Shown: positions 19,303 to 29,874 of the stretch, in pieces
Numbering within the stretch: position 1 is the stretch's first letter
Layout of the letters: each line of letters opens with the position of its first letter
NCBI GenBank assembly: GCA_040217195.1
Contig: JAVJNR010000004.1
Span: 512,001-576,000 of the forward strand
Reading direction: 5' to 3'
Source of the DNA: Leptospiraceae bacterium
Lineage (GTDB): Bacteria; Spirochaetota; Leptospiria; Leptospirales; Leptonemataceae
Length of the DNA: 64,000 nt
The notes under the pieces: generated by a model
What the model was told of the DNA's origin: nothing
The model's database searches: none
Seen by the model: only the letters and a program-made list of their open reading frames with translations
Program-made: the position numbers and the translations under genes

Positions 19303-20544
19303 CTATCCCAGAACATCGCCATTGCTTTCTGCACCATCCCCTTCTGGTATTTCAGGCAACTCAAAGTCCATAAACAAATAGACATTGTCGCGAACCGGGC
19401 AGGAAAAGGTAAGAGTTTCTTTCTTGGTCTCAGTGTCTCTGTAAGGAGTGGAAATAATTCCCCGACCATAGTGTTTCATTCGCACGAGGTTGTGCAGGAA
19501 ATAGGGACGCCAGCTCCAATTCATTCTGCGAAATTCCGATCGCAGGGTAAATTCACCGTTTTCATCCCGCTCAAAGTTGGAAGACAATTGATCACCCCGA
19601 TCATCACAGGCATAAATACGATAGCATTTAGGAGGAAGTCCGGACAGTACTCCGCGAAGCACATCATCGGCCATATCAGGATTGACGTTTCCATTTCCAT
19701 TCAATTTGATTTTCATTGAGGCCAGAAGCTCAGAAAGAAGACGATTCATGACTGATTCAATGGTCATCACATTTCTGTTTCTATTCCAGTTTCGATGCAC
19801 CACGGTCTGTAGCACCTGGCGAAGACTATCCTTGAATTGATTTGGCTCTCGAAATCCAGCTTCAGCCGGAGCAAAAAAGTAGCCCTGGACAAATTCGGCA
19901 CCGCTTTCTATAGCACTTTCCAGCTCTCGCTCGGATTCCACGCCTTCAAATAGTACGCTTATGCCAAAATCTCGGGCAAAACTGGCAATATACTCGATCA
20001 AAGAACGATATTCTGGCCTCTGAGAAATTCGCTTCACAAGAGCCATATCCACTTTCACGATATCTGGCTGAAGATGGATCAGTCGATCCATGAAGTTGAA
20101 GTTGAAGTCGTCTACAGCAATTCTGCAACCGGCAGCTCGGTACCGGGCAACCATATCGAATAGTTCATCAAGATCTCCCTGAAATTCATCTTCAGTTATC
20201 TCAATCACTACTCGATTGCCCGAAACTCCCAGGTCATCGAGCATATCCAGAGTTGGCAAACTTTGATGGGATCTGTACTTCCACATCCAGGATGGCTTGA
20301 TATTTACAAATAATTTCTGGTGCGGTGCAATAGAATCTATTGTGCGGAAGGCAGCTTTGCGAATATCTCTGCTGATCTCAATCCGCTCAGCGAGGTCAGA
20401 GTTCTCATCATGAAAGAACGGACCCAGGCTCTGTACAGTACCATCATCCAGGCGAAGCCGACCGAGCACCTCATAACCATAGATACTTCCATCGGCCACA
20501 GACAGGACAGGTTGATAATAAGGGAGTATATCCCCGGGCCTCAT
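19303..20544 (-). CDS. EAL domain protein with YkuI-like C-terminal domain
   Basis: YYQPV, YEVLGR, LFVNI, IEITE, IAVDDF, KVD, EGVE, QGYFF; NWSWRPYF in C-terminal domain; likely start 20544. Confidence 0.9.
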   Translation of the reverse strand: MRPGDILPYYQPVLSVADGSIYGYEVLGRLRLDDGTVQSLGPFFHDENSDLAERIEISRDIRKAAFRTIDSIAPHQKLFVNIKPSWMWKYRSHQSLPTLDMLDDLGVSGNRVVIEITEDEFQGDLDELFDMVARYRAAGCRIAVDDFNFNFMDRLIHLQPDIVKVDMALVKRISQRPEYRSLIEYIASFARDFGISVLFEGVESERELESAIESGAEFVQGYFFAPAEAGFREPNQFKDSLRQVLQTVVHRNWNRNRNVMTIESVMNRLLSELLASMKIKLNGNGNVNPDMADDVLRGVLSGLPPKCYRIYACDDRGDQLSSNFERDENGEFTLRSEFRRMNWSWRPYFLHNLVRMKHYGRGIISTPYRDTETKKETLTFSCPVRDNVYLFMDFELPEIPEGDGAESNGDVLG

Positions 20545-20812
20545 ACTTCCAGATTTTTTTACTCCCATCAAGGGGCAAGATATATATATCATCGAGCATG
20601 AGTGAATTCCCAATCAGGCTGCTCTTGCGGATCTCAGAAAGGCACTCTCGAATCATAAAAGATCAAATTTCATTTCTGATCGCATTCAAAAAAGGTTTGC
20701 GGACATCAACCATGAGCTGCGATCCTGAACCTGCCCCGGGATGACTGAAACATCACTGTCATTTCTCATGGTGGTAAAACAAAGCTGTAAGCAGCAACGC
20801 TTCGGAGAGTTT

Positions 20813-22318
20813 ATGCAAGATTCAAATAACAAAGGAAAGCTACTTCGCCCGGGCGCATTTAGCTGGGTAATGTACGATTGGGCTAATTCTGCGTTCTATA
20901 CAACTGTTGTAGCGGGATTCTTTCCTGCCTTCTTTGATGACTACTGGAGTGCTGGAATGGACTCGGCCACCAGCACTGCGATTTTGGGCTACACCATTGC
21001 CATCGCTTCGGCCATCGTTGCTTTGCTGGCCCCGGTGCTGGGAAGCTTCGCAGATAAAGGTTCACGCAAGAAAAGATTTCTATTCATATTCACAACCCTC
21101 GGGGTGCTCATGACTGCCGGGCTCTATACGGTGGACAAAGGAGATTGGGCCCTGGCTGCAACTCTCTATGTCATTGGCTTCATCGGAGTGCTGGGCTCAG
21201 TGGTGTTTTATGATTCACTGATTGTTTCTGTGAGTGATAGCTCAACTGTGGATAAGCTTTCTGGTCTTGGTTTTTCTGTAGGTTACCTGGGTGGGGGCTT
21301 ACTCTTCCTTGTGAACGTTCTGATGTTTCTTAATCCGCAGTGGTTCGGTTTCGTAGATGAGAAAATCACAGACATTGCAGGCGCAATAGCAGCTACTGAT
21401 CAGAACTTTGCCGCTGTGCAAACGATGGTGGCCGGACTGCCGGAGCAATTCGGAAGTATCAAAGAAGCATTTGCCGGAGTCGCCAATCCGACTGCTGAGC
21501 AGCAGGCCACACTCTATGCAATGATTACTGATCCTGTAGGCGAAGCCAAAGTTATGGCTATCAAAATCTCATTTCTCATGGTAGCTATCTGGTGGGCTGT
21601 TTTCTCCATCCCAATTTTCTTAAACGTTCCTGAACCTGGAACTGGAGAGAAAGTCGCTTTTAAGGAGGCATTCGTGGGTGGCTTCAAGCAATTGGGAGAA
21701 ACCTTTAACGAAATCAGAAAGTATAAGATAGTTCTGGTATTTCTTCTGGCATACTGGTTCTACATCGATGGCGTGGATACAATCATTACCATGGCCGTGA
21801 AATATGGTAAATCCATTGGTTTCGAAACAGGAGATTTGATCGCTGCATTACTTCTGGTTCAATTCATTGGTTTCCCATTCGCCTGGATATTCGGTTGGCT
21901 GGGTCAGAAATTTGGAAGCAAGCGATTGCTCTTTGTTGGGATATTTGCCTATCTATTAATTACTATTCTGGGTGCGAATCTAAGCGTGGAACCCTGGGTT
22001 GTATTCGGTATAAAAATCCCTTCTTTCTATTTGCTGGCCGGAATGGTAGGTATGGTTCAGGGCGGTATTCAGGCATTGAGTCGATCCTACTATGCCAAGA
22101 TTATTCCTGCAGACAAGGCCGGTGAGTTCTTTGGGTTCTATAACATGCTGGGGAAATTTGCCTCCATAATCGGCCCCCTCCTGATGGGATCAGTTGGTCT
22201 GGCCATGGGTGATGTTCGGTATGGAATCCTTTCAGTTAGTATTCTATTCTTGATTGGAGGCGGACTACTCTACTGGGTCAGCATCATTGAAAAGCAGAAT
22301 AAAAAACTGGGTATTTAG
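20813..22318 (+). CDS. MFS transporter, UMF1/Atg22-like family
   Basis: YDWANSAF, GYLGG, FYIDGV, QALSRS, EFFGFY. Confidence 0.92.
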   Translation: MQDSNNKGKLLRPGAFSWVMYDWANSAFYTTVVAGFFPAFFDDYWSAGMDSATSTAILGYTIAIASAIVALLAPVLGSFADKGSRKKRFLFIFTTLGVLMTAGLYTVDKGDWALAATLYVIGFIGVLGSVVFYDSLIVSVSDSSTVDKLSGLGFSVGYLGGGLLFLVNVLMFLNPQWFGFVDEKITDIAGAIAATDQNFAAVQTMVAGLPEQFGSIKEAFAGVANPTAEQQATLYAMITDPVGEAKVMAIKISFLMVAIWWAVFSIPIFLNVPEPGTGEKVAFKEAFVGGFKQLGETFNEIRKYKIVLVFLLAYWFYIDGVDTIITMAVKYGKSIGFETGDLIAALLLVQFIGFPFAWIFGWLGQKFGSKRLLFVGIFAYLLITILGANLSVEPWVVFGIKIPSFYLLAGMVGMVQGGIQALSRSYYAKIIPADKAGEFFGFYNMLGKFASIIGPLLMGSVGLAMGDVRYGILSVSILFLIGGGLLYWVSIIEKQNKKLGI

Positions 22319-22527
22319 GACTGGTATCTGGGCTTCCATGTTGAAGCCCAGTAGCTCAATCCGGGACTCTGACTCAGGGTCCCGGTGGAGTTACTGTGAA
22401 CTTTCTGGCTACCAGGCGCTCTGAAAAGAAGCTCTTTCGCAACACCTGGTAGAATATCCAGATCCTCCCCGACAAATCAAGTAGTAGAATTGGTTGCATC
22501 CAGTGAGCCCTGATTCAGGGATAATCT

Positions 22528-24348
22528 GTGCTATCCGGAATCAAAGAATTCTTCTATTTCTCATCTGAAACCAGCCGCTGGAAACCCTATACTGGACTGG
22601 CTGCGATCCTGGGCATTTTGCACCTGATGAAGCTGGCCTTTTCCCTGGATGGGCAGCTACATCCGGATGAAGCCTACTACTGGGCCTGGTCCCAGATGCC
22701 TGCACTTTCCTATTATGATCAGGGACCGGGTATCGCTTATTATATCTGGCTCTGGACGGCTCTTCTGGGCGATCATTACATAACTCTAAAGCTTGCAGCG
22801 CTCTTTGCTAGCTTTGTCACCATCTACATGTTCTGCCTTGCCGGACTGGAATTGGGCTTTCGCCGATGGCAGCCTGTATTCACTGGAACCATACTTTTTT
22901 TCATTCCTGGCATTCTTGGTGGAAATCATCTAATCATGCATGATTCCATGATGATATTATCCTGGTCAGGTGCACTCTGGATGGCACTACGAGCAATCCG
23001 TTTGCGAAGCAGTGGATCTCTTCTGGGTCTCTTCCTCTTTCTGGGATTGGGCGGACTGTCCAAATACACGATGTTTCTTTTTGCCATCGGATTGATTCTC
23101 TGGCTCATCTTACATCCGAGGTTCAAAGAATTCTGGATCAGGCCAGCCAGCTGGGCCGGGCTAGTTCTGGCCGGTTTGATCATCAGCCCGATCGTTATCT
23201 GGAACTATCAAAATCACTGGGATGGAGTGGGCGCTATCATCCATCTTCGCAGTTCCGGTGGTGTGGACGGCGGCGGCTCCACAACAGCTTATCTGGCCGG
23301 CCAATTCCTGATGTTTTCTCCGATCTGGTTGATTCTCCTAATTGCCCTATCATCGTTGCTGTCCTTTCGCAGGCTCAGGGGTGTATGGAATAAATTCGGT
23401 CCCGGCCATAACAGTGCATCAGAGCTCAAGACCCGGTCGGAAACAACTGAGAAATCCGAGCCCAACCTGCCGGCCCGCCTATCTCCAGAATCCGAGGAAA
23501 CCAGAGCCTCCAGGCATCTGCTCTGGATCATGACTGGAATTCCCTTTCTATTCTTCGCGTTCCTTTCCGGTAGTCGAGAAATTCAGGCGAACTGGGTTTT
23601 TCCAGCGTACGGATCGGCTATCCTGTTGATTGTACATTATCTTTTCCCTGTAGTTTCAAGCCGAACCTTTCGGTTACTTCGCGGTCTATTTCATTTTGGA
23701 TGGTTACCTGTCCTATTGCTGGATTTGTTCTTTCTGTTTTCCATTCCACTGTCTGTCTATCTTCCCATTGAGACCTATCTCGTACCAGGGTATCGCACCC
23801 TGGGATTCAAAGAAGTAATTCAAGGAGTGGAAGATGTTCAGAAGAAGCATCCTACTGCAGCGCTTGTAGCAAATCGGTATCAGGATGCTTCCATTGGCTG
23901 GTTTTACAATAAGGATCAAACATTTGTGCCTTCTATAAACATCATGCAGCGAAATCAATTTAGCTACTGGCCGGGCCTGGAAGAAGGTCAGGACTATCTG
24001 TTCTATCATATCCAGGAGAACACTTGCGAGAAATCGGTAGCCTTTCTGGGAGTGATACTACCCACTTTTTTCGAGGAAGTAATCGAGTACCCGGAACAGG
24101 AAGTGGTGCGAAACAGAAGGGTAATCAAACGTTACCAGGTCTGGTATGCCCGGGACTTCAAAAACCCCTGGGATCAGGGCGTATTTGAATACCTGAAGGA
24201 TGAAGCCATTTACCAGAACATGGTAGGTCTACGGGTACCCAGGCCCGGACAAGTTGTGGACGTAAATGATGCATTCCAGAAGTTCTCCGAACTGTGGATG
24301 CGAATCTATATGTCCAGAAAAGGAAAGCAGAATTGTTCCTATTATTGA
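22528..24348 (+). CDS. GT-C fold glycosyltransferase (ArnT/PMT-like)
   Basis: LHPDEAYYWAWS, SYYDQGPG, GLGGLSKYT, QANW; multi-TM. Confidence 0.88.
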   Translation: MLSGIKEFFYFSSETSRWKPYTGLAAILGILHLMKLAFSLDGQLHPDEAYYWAWSQMPALSYYDQGPGIAYYIWLWTALLGDHYITLKLAALFASFVTIYMFCLAGLELGFRRWQPVFTGTILFFIPGILGGNHLIMHDSMMILSWSGALWMALRAIRLRSSGSLLGLFLFLGLGGLSKYTMFLFAIGLILWLILHPRFKEFWIRPASWAGLVLAGLIISPIVIWNYQNHWDGVGAIIHLRSSGGVDGGGSTTAYLAGQFLMFSPIWLILLIALSSLLSFRRLRGVWNKFGPGHNSASELKTRSETTEKSEPNLPARLSPESEETRASRHLLWIMTGIPFLFFAFLSGSREIQANWVFPAYGSAILLIVHYLFPVVSSRTFRLLRGLFHFGWLPVLLLDLFFLFSIPLSVYLPIETYLVPGYRTLGFKEVIQGVEDVQKKHPTAALVANRYQDASIGWFYNKDQTFVPSINIMQRNQFSYWPGLEEGQDYLFYHIQENTCEKSVAFLGVILPTFFEEVIEYPEQEVVRNRRVIKRYQVWYARDFKNPWDQGVFEYLKDEAIYQNMVGLRVPRPGQVVDVNDAFQKFSELWMRIYMSRKGKQNCSYY

Positions 24349-24399
24349 GATTGAAGCTCCTATCCTCCAGAGAACTTCAGTCGAATCCGGACAGGCCAA

Positions 24400-24991
24400 A
24401 ATGAAAATCTTCGCAAAGTCTACATCCATAAATCAATCGAACTCAGGCAGATTCGCATTCCTTGCAAAATCATACAGAGCAGAACTGCAATCCGGACCTT
24501 CGAAAGCCAATTCTCCGTCTACCAGAAGATCTGCCAGAAGCCATTCAGGAATCCTGCTGCTTCTGGCTTTCGCTTCTCTATTGATCAGTTGTTCCCGGGA
24601 AAGCTACAATCTGGGACAGAGCGATTATTATAAATTCCATCTGGAAGCAGGAAAAGCCATGTGTGCCAAAATGCAGGAATGCTATGCTCCTTTCCTGCGA
24701 ACACTGCGCCCGGAATATCAAAGACAGGTTAATCGAGAAACCTGCCTGCAGGCCCTGAACAAAGATCTACGGGCCAAAATAGAAATCCATACTCCGGAAA
24801 TGCAGCAGCTATCCAGGGCATGCTACGGACAGTTGCTTCAAAGGAATTGCAAGGAATTCCTGGTTGGCACTGTATTCATCCCGGCCTGCCAGGAGTTAAT
24901 GGAACAGACGTCCGCCGAGTTTCAGAAACATCCTGCATTGATTCGAAAGCTTCTTACAGAAAGCCAATACGGCGATGCAAATGGGAAATAG
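24400..24991 (+). CDS. Cys-rich putative lipoprotein
   Basis: LLISC lipobox followed by six spaced Cys; start uncertain. Confidence 0.6.
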
Positions 24992-25011
24992 CCAACCGGA
25001 AAGGAGCCTGG

Positions 25012-26016
25012 ATGTACCTTTTTTCGTATAGCAAGCTCTTTCTCGTTCCTTTGAGTGTTCTTTTCTTTCTTCTATTTCTGGGGACGGCAGGTTATCATTT
25101 TATCGAAGGATGGAGTTTACTGGATTCCATCTACATGACCTTGATTACTCTAACGACTGTGGGCTTTGGAGAAACACATCCTCTAACTCCAAAAGGACAG
25201 GTGTTTACAATCTTTCTACTGATGGGTGGAGTATTAATGTATGCTTTCGCCATCAACGACTTTGTGCATCACTTACTGAATCATAACTTCAAAGACTTTA
25301 CCCAGAAATTGAAAATGCAAAAATACATCAGCAATCTAAAGGATCATTTCATCATCGTGGGCGGCGGCCGAATGGCCTGTGTTGTGGGCGCAAACCTGGA
25401 GCATTACAAGGAGCCATTTGTATTCATTGAGCAATCCGACACCGCCACCCTGTTCCAGGAAAGACCGGACTGGCCGCATATTTTGAAAGATGCATTACTG
25501 GATGAAACCCTGGATGAGGCGGGCGTGGAACGAGCCAGAGGTCTGGCCTGCTGCCTGCCCACAGATGCAGATAACCTGTTTGTTGTACTGAGTGCTCGGA
25601 AAATGAATCCTCAATTGCAAATTCATACTCGCATTCAATATGAATCTTCGCGAAAGAAAATGCTGCAGGCCGGGGCCGATCATGTTATTTCGCCGAATAC
25701 ACTTGGAGGCCTGCAGGTAGCCAGGTCATTTGTTCACCCGGACATCGAAAGCTTCCTTTCCGTTTTTCGAGATACAGGGATGTATGAATTCGATATGAAA
25801 ATCGAGCGAATCCAGGAAGGGTCGGCTCGCCAGGGACTACCTCTCCGAGAAGCGAAATACCGCGAAGAAAGATATCTTGTAATTGGGATTAAAAAAGCTG
25901 GGGGGCGAATGGTATTTGCTCCACCGGCCACCTATGTGCTAAAGCACGGGGATGAGGTCTTTCTCCTGGGGGCCGAGCCCGATTCAACTGAGCCTCCTAA
26001 ACCAGGGAATTCGTAA
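25012..26016 (+). CDS. Potassium channel, 2TM + RCK (TrkA-N/TrkA-C)
   Basis: TLTTVGFG filter, IVGGGRMA, DADNLFVVLSAR, AGADHVISP; GGAG SD before ATG 25012. Confidence 0.92.
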   Translation: MYLFSYSKLFLVPLSVLFFLLFLGTAGYHFIEGWSLLDSIYMTLITLTTVGFGETHPLTPKGQVFTIFLLMGGVLMYAFAINDFVHHLLNHNFKDFTQKLKMQKYISNLKDHFIIVGGGRMACVVGANLEHYKEPFVFIEQSDTATLFQERPDWPHILKDALLDETLDEAGVERARGLACCLPTDADNLFVVLSARKMNPQLQIHTRIQYESSRKKMLQAGADHVISPNTLGGLQVARSFVHPDIESFLSVFRDTGMYEFDMKIERIQEGSARQGLPLREAKYREERYLVIGIKKAGGRMVFAPPATYVLKHGDEVFLLGAEPDSTEPPKPGNS

Positions 26017-26074
26017 ACGACGATTCCCGGCTGAGGCGGGCCCGATCCCTCCAGGAAATAGACAGGAGAGAAAG

Positions 26075-26266
26075 TCAGGCCAAAAAGTCGGCCAATTGGT
26101 CGGTCTTTTGAGCGCCCACCTTCTGTTCTGCATTCATTCCAATCATCTTTCCATTCAGATCCATGGTTTTATCCAGGGCCATCTGTTGGATTTGATTCAT
26201 GGTTTCCGCCGCTCGAGCCACCTGCTGCATGGCCTGAGCTGCACCTGAGTTACCGCTTACTTGCAT
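26075..26266 (-). CDS. Small protein (63 aa), weakly YjfB/motility-protein-like
   Basis: GGAGG SD before ATG 26266; Gln/Met/Ala-rich helix; sigma28-like promoter upstream. Confidence 0.65.
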   Translation of the reverse strand: MQVSGNSGAAQAMQQVARAAETMNQIQQMALDKTMDLNGKMIGMNAEQKVGAQKTDQLADFLA

Positions 26267-26396
26267 ATAAGCCTCCTGTTTCTTCCATCGGGAATGGAGG
26301 GACCGTACTTTACGCTCTCGTAGCATTTTTTCCGGTATAAAACCGTACCGGGATCAGACATTCAGGCCAGCTCCTGACAGATGACTGTTATGGCAT

Positions 26397-29102
26397 TCAA
26401 TTAGATCCTTGCTCCACCGCAGCAATGGCCGAGGCCAATCGCGCCACGGACACTCTAAAAGGGGAACAGCTAACATAATTCAAACCCAGACCATGAAAGA
26501 ACTTAATGGATGTTGGATCGCCACCATGCTCACCACAAACTCCCAGCTTAATAGCCGAACGAGTGCTTCTTCCTTTCTCCACTGCCATGCGAACCATGGC
26601 ACCTACGCCATCCTGATCAATGGATTGAAACGGATTTCGATCATAGATATTCAAGCGAAGGTATTCTCTAATGTAGGATTCAGCATCATCTCTGGAAAAG
26701 CCAAGAGTCATCTGAGTCAAATCGTTGGTCCCAAAACTGAAGAACTCCGCCTCCGCAGCAATTTCATCCGCGGTGGCAGCGGCTCTGGGAACCTCAATCA
26801 TGGTTCCAATCATGTATTCTACTTTTGTACCCTTTTCCTGAAAGACCTTCTGGGCTGTATCCTGGATAATCTTCTTTTGCATGGTTAGCTCATTGACCTT
26901 TCCCACAAGAGGTACCATGATTTCCGGACTCACATGAATTCCAGCAGATTGTGCTTCGCAGGCCGCTTCCAGAACGGCCCTAACCTGCATCTCCGTAATC
27001 TCCGGATAGGTTATTCCCAACCTGCAGCCGCGATGTCCCAGCATAGGATTCTGCTCATGCAAATCTTCGGCCCGACGTTTGATTAGATCCACATCAATAT
27101 TCAATGCAGAGGCAAGCTTCTTAAAATCAGCCTCTTCCCTGGGCAGAAATTCATGCAATGGAGGGTCCAGCAATCGGATAGTAACCGGAAAGCCATCCAT
27201 TGCTTCAAAGATTCCTCGAAAATCTTCCTTTTGATAGGGCAGGATTTTCGCCAGTGCTTGCTTTCGCTGTTCTACTGTGGAAGCAAGAATCATCTCCTGC
27301 ATGGCCAGAATTCGATCACCCTCAAAGAACATGTGTTCCGTGCGACAGAGCCCAATGCCTTCTGCACCGAACATCCGGGCCACGCGAGCATCCTTTGGAG
27401 TGTCCGCATTTGTGCGAATGCTCATTCGGCGGCTTTTATCGGCCCAGTCCATCATGCGTTTGAAGTTAGATGCGATTTCCGATTTTTCTGCATCTATTTC
27501 ACCGGCCAGAGCTTGCTGAATCTCGCTTTCCCTGGTTTTCATCAATCCAAGAATGACTTCGCCGGTGCCTCCATCTATGGAAAGCTCATCTTCTTCGCTT
27601 AATTCAATGGACTTGTTGTCCTGAGTGACGATGGTCATTATTCCTTTCTTTTCATCCACCCGCAGAGCGGAACATCCAACAATACAGGGCTTATTCATAC
27701 CTCGAGCTACCACCGCTGCATGGGATGTCATCCCTCCTCTGGAGGTTAGAATCCCTTCTGCCGCTTCCATTCCGGAAATGTCCTCCGGTGATGTCTCCGT
27801 TCGCACCAGAATACACTTCTTTCCTGCAGCTTTATGCTGGTGAGCCTTTTCGGAGCTAAATACTATCAGGCCGGAGGCAGCACCGGGGCCGGCATTCAAT
27901 CCCTTGCCCACGATTCTTCCCTGGGCTATGGCCTGAGACTTTTCTGCAGGGTCAAAGACCTGTGCCAGAAGAGAAGGCACAGATTCTGGATCAAGTCGAG
28001 TAATGGCTTTCTCTGGTTTTAGAACTCCTTCATCTACCATGTCGCATGCAATTTTGAGTGCAGCAAAACCGGTTCGCTTTCCGTTCCGGGTCTGTAAGAT
28101 GTATAACTTGCCCTGCTGTATGGTAAATTCAATATCCTGCATGTCCTGAAAGTGCCCTTCCAGTTTCTGCTGTATATCGATGAGCTGATCATAGACCTGG
28201 CGCTGATCTTTCTCCAGCTGAGCGATGGGCTGAGGAGTACGAATTCCAGCTACCACATCTTCGCCCTGGGCATTCATTAGATATTCTCCGTAGAACTTCT
28301 TTTCTCCGGTGGACGGATTACGGGTAAAGGCTACGCCTGTGCCCGAATCATCGCCCATATTTCCAAATACCATGGACTGTACGTTAACCGCCGTTCCCAG
28401 AGAATCCGGAATGGCATGCATGCGACGATAGTAGATGGCTCGTTCATTGTTCCAGGAATGGAATACAGCTTCTATGGCCTTTTCCAGTTGCTCCCAGGGA
28501 TCATCCGGGAAATCTGCGCCGGTTTCTTTTTTCACCAGCTTCCTGTACTCTTCTATGAGCTCCCTTAAGGCGCTGGCATCCAGCTCTGTATCCACGGCTG
28601 CGCCAGCCTTCTCTTTGTGTTCTTCCAGGATTTCTTCAAACAACTCATGTTTGATCCCCATTACAACATTTCCAAACATCTGGATAAAGCGACGATGGGA
28701 GTCCTCCACGAATCGGTCATTGCCTGTTTCCAGAGCCAGACCCTTCTTGGTTTCTTCATTCAGCCCCAGATTCAAGATTGTATCCATCATTCCTGGCATA
28801 CTGATTGGTGCTCCAGATCGCACCGATACCAGCAAAGGTTTATCGCCACTTCCAAAGTTGCGGCCGGTTTCCTTATTTACCTCTGACAATTTGGTTCGGA
28901 CTTCATCCATCAGCCCGTCTGGAAGTTTGCGAATTTCCGAATATTCATTGCAAACGGATGTGGGAATCACAAGGCCGGGAGGAACTGGAACTCCCAGAGC
29001 GGCCATTTTACACAGGTTCGCTCCTTTACCTCCCAGAGCGGACTTATCCGGTGAATTAACGTCGGTGCGTCCCTCTCCAAAAAAGAATACCCGTTTGCTC
29101 AT
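26397..29102 (-). CDS. ppdK: Pyruvate, phosphate dikinase
   Basis: LGGKGANL, SVRSGA, GGMTSHAAVVAR, GLCRTEHMF, SFGTNDLTQ, CGEHGGDP. Confidence 0.98.
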   Translation of the reverse strand: MSKRVFFFGEGRTDVNSPDKSALGGKGANLCKMAALGVPVPPGLVIPTSVCNEYSEIRKLPDGLMDEVRTKLSEVNKETGRNFGSGDKPLLVSVRSGAPISMPGMMDTILNLGLNEETKKGLALETGNDRFVEDSHRRFIQMFGNVVMGIKHELFEEILEEHKEKAGAAVDTELDASALRELIEEYRKLVKKETGADFPDDPWEQLEKAIEAVFHSWNNERAIYYRRMHAIPDSLGTAVNVQSMVFGNMGDDSGTGVAFTRNPSTGEKKFYGEYLMNAQGEDVVAGIRTPQPIAQLEKDQRQVYDQLIDIQQKLEGHFQDMQDIEFTIQQGKLYILQTRNGKRTGFAALKIACDMVDEGVLKPEKAITRLDPESVPSLLAQVFDPAEKSQAIAQGRIVGKGLNAGPGAASGLIVFSSEKAHQHKAAGKKCILVRTETSPEDISGMEAAEGILTSRGGMTSHAAVVARGMNKPCIVGCSALRVDEKKGIMTIVTQDNKSIELSEEDELSIDGGTGEVILGLMKTRESEIQQALAGEIDAEKSEIASNFKRMMDWADKSRRMSIRTNADTPKDARVARMFGAEGIGLCRTEHMFFEGDRILAMQEMILASTVEQRKQALAKILPYQKEDFRGIFEAMDGFPVTIRLLDPPLHEFLPREEADFKKLASALNIDVDLIKRRAEDLHEQNPMLGHRGCRLGITYPEITEMQVRAVLEAACEAQSAGIHVSPEIMVPLVGKVNELTMQKKIIQDTAQKVFQEKGTKVEYMIGTMIEVPRAAATADEIAAEAEFFSFGTNDLTQMTLGFSRDDAESYIREYLRLNIYDRNPFQSIDQDGVGAMVRMAVEKGRSTRSAIKLGVCGEHGGDPTSIKFFHGLGLNYVSCSPFRVSVARLASAIAAVEQGSN

Positions 29103-29461
29103 ATGTGCCCCCTTAGGCCACCTGCGGTGGCTTTCTATCTTAATATTCCTGACGGCTTCCAGGAGTGGAGCCGCCCTTTACAACAGTAAAGTGATCCGCT
29201 TTTTCCTGGATTCGGACATTTTTATTTTTCCGAATTTTAGATCCGTGAGTCTGCCTGCAGTGCCTGGGGATCAGGTAAACCGAAGGCTCTCAGAAGCATT
29301 TTTTGTATCACTTTCCCAAATCGAGCAATCATATTTCCGATATTTAGATACATAGTTGGATCGATTTTTTTCCAGTTGAAAGCCCCATACTTTGGCGGCG
29401 GAGAATGAAACACTGGAAAAACAATTGACCGCCCCGGTGATAAAAGGTTTTGAAAGACAGG

Positions 29462-29791
29462 ATGATCCGCGCCGAGAAAAAAGAAGATACCATTATTCTC
29501 CATGTTCTGGAGCCCCGAGTGGATATGGTTGTGGCCCGAAAGTTCAGAGAAGGACTGACACAGCATATTCAGGATCGTCCACAGAAGATTGTATTGAACC
29601 TGGCAGATACAGAGTATTTTGATAGTTCCGCTCTGGGTGCCCTGGTTGCCTTCATGAAGGATGTCCGGGCCTATGGCGGCCGGCTTATTCTATGCAACCT
29701 TTCGCGTTCCCTGCTGGCTCTGCTAAAGCTTTCCAAACTGGATATGCTTTTTGAGATTTCCGAGTCCCTGGACAGTGCATTGAGCTCCTGA
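29462..29791 (+). CDS. STAS anti-sigma-factor antagonist
   Basis: LNLADTEYFDSSALGALV phospho-Ser motif. Confidence 0.92.
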   Translation: MIRAEKKEDTIILHVLEPRVDMVVARKFREGLTQHIQDRPQKIVLNLADTEYFDSSALGALVAFMKDVRAYGGRLILCNLSRSLLALLKLSKLDMLFEISESLDSALSS

Positions 29792-29874
29792 TCCAGAGGA
29801 TAAAGCTACATTCCATTGCCATTGTTCGCCCTCCATTCGTCAATTTCGCCCCTTTGAGGGTCGATGAATAATCA

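Noticed and set aside
22327..22450. Cluster of hairpins after the MFS gene as REP/MITE
   Set aside because: The hairpins are unrelated in sequence and not repeated elsewhere in the window. They are likely terminator or stability structures.
28435..29355. 306-aa + strand ORF
   Set aside because: Antisense shadow of ppdK. The same applies to most short overlapping ORFs in the track.
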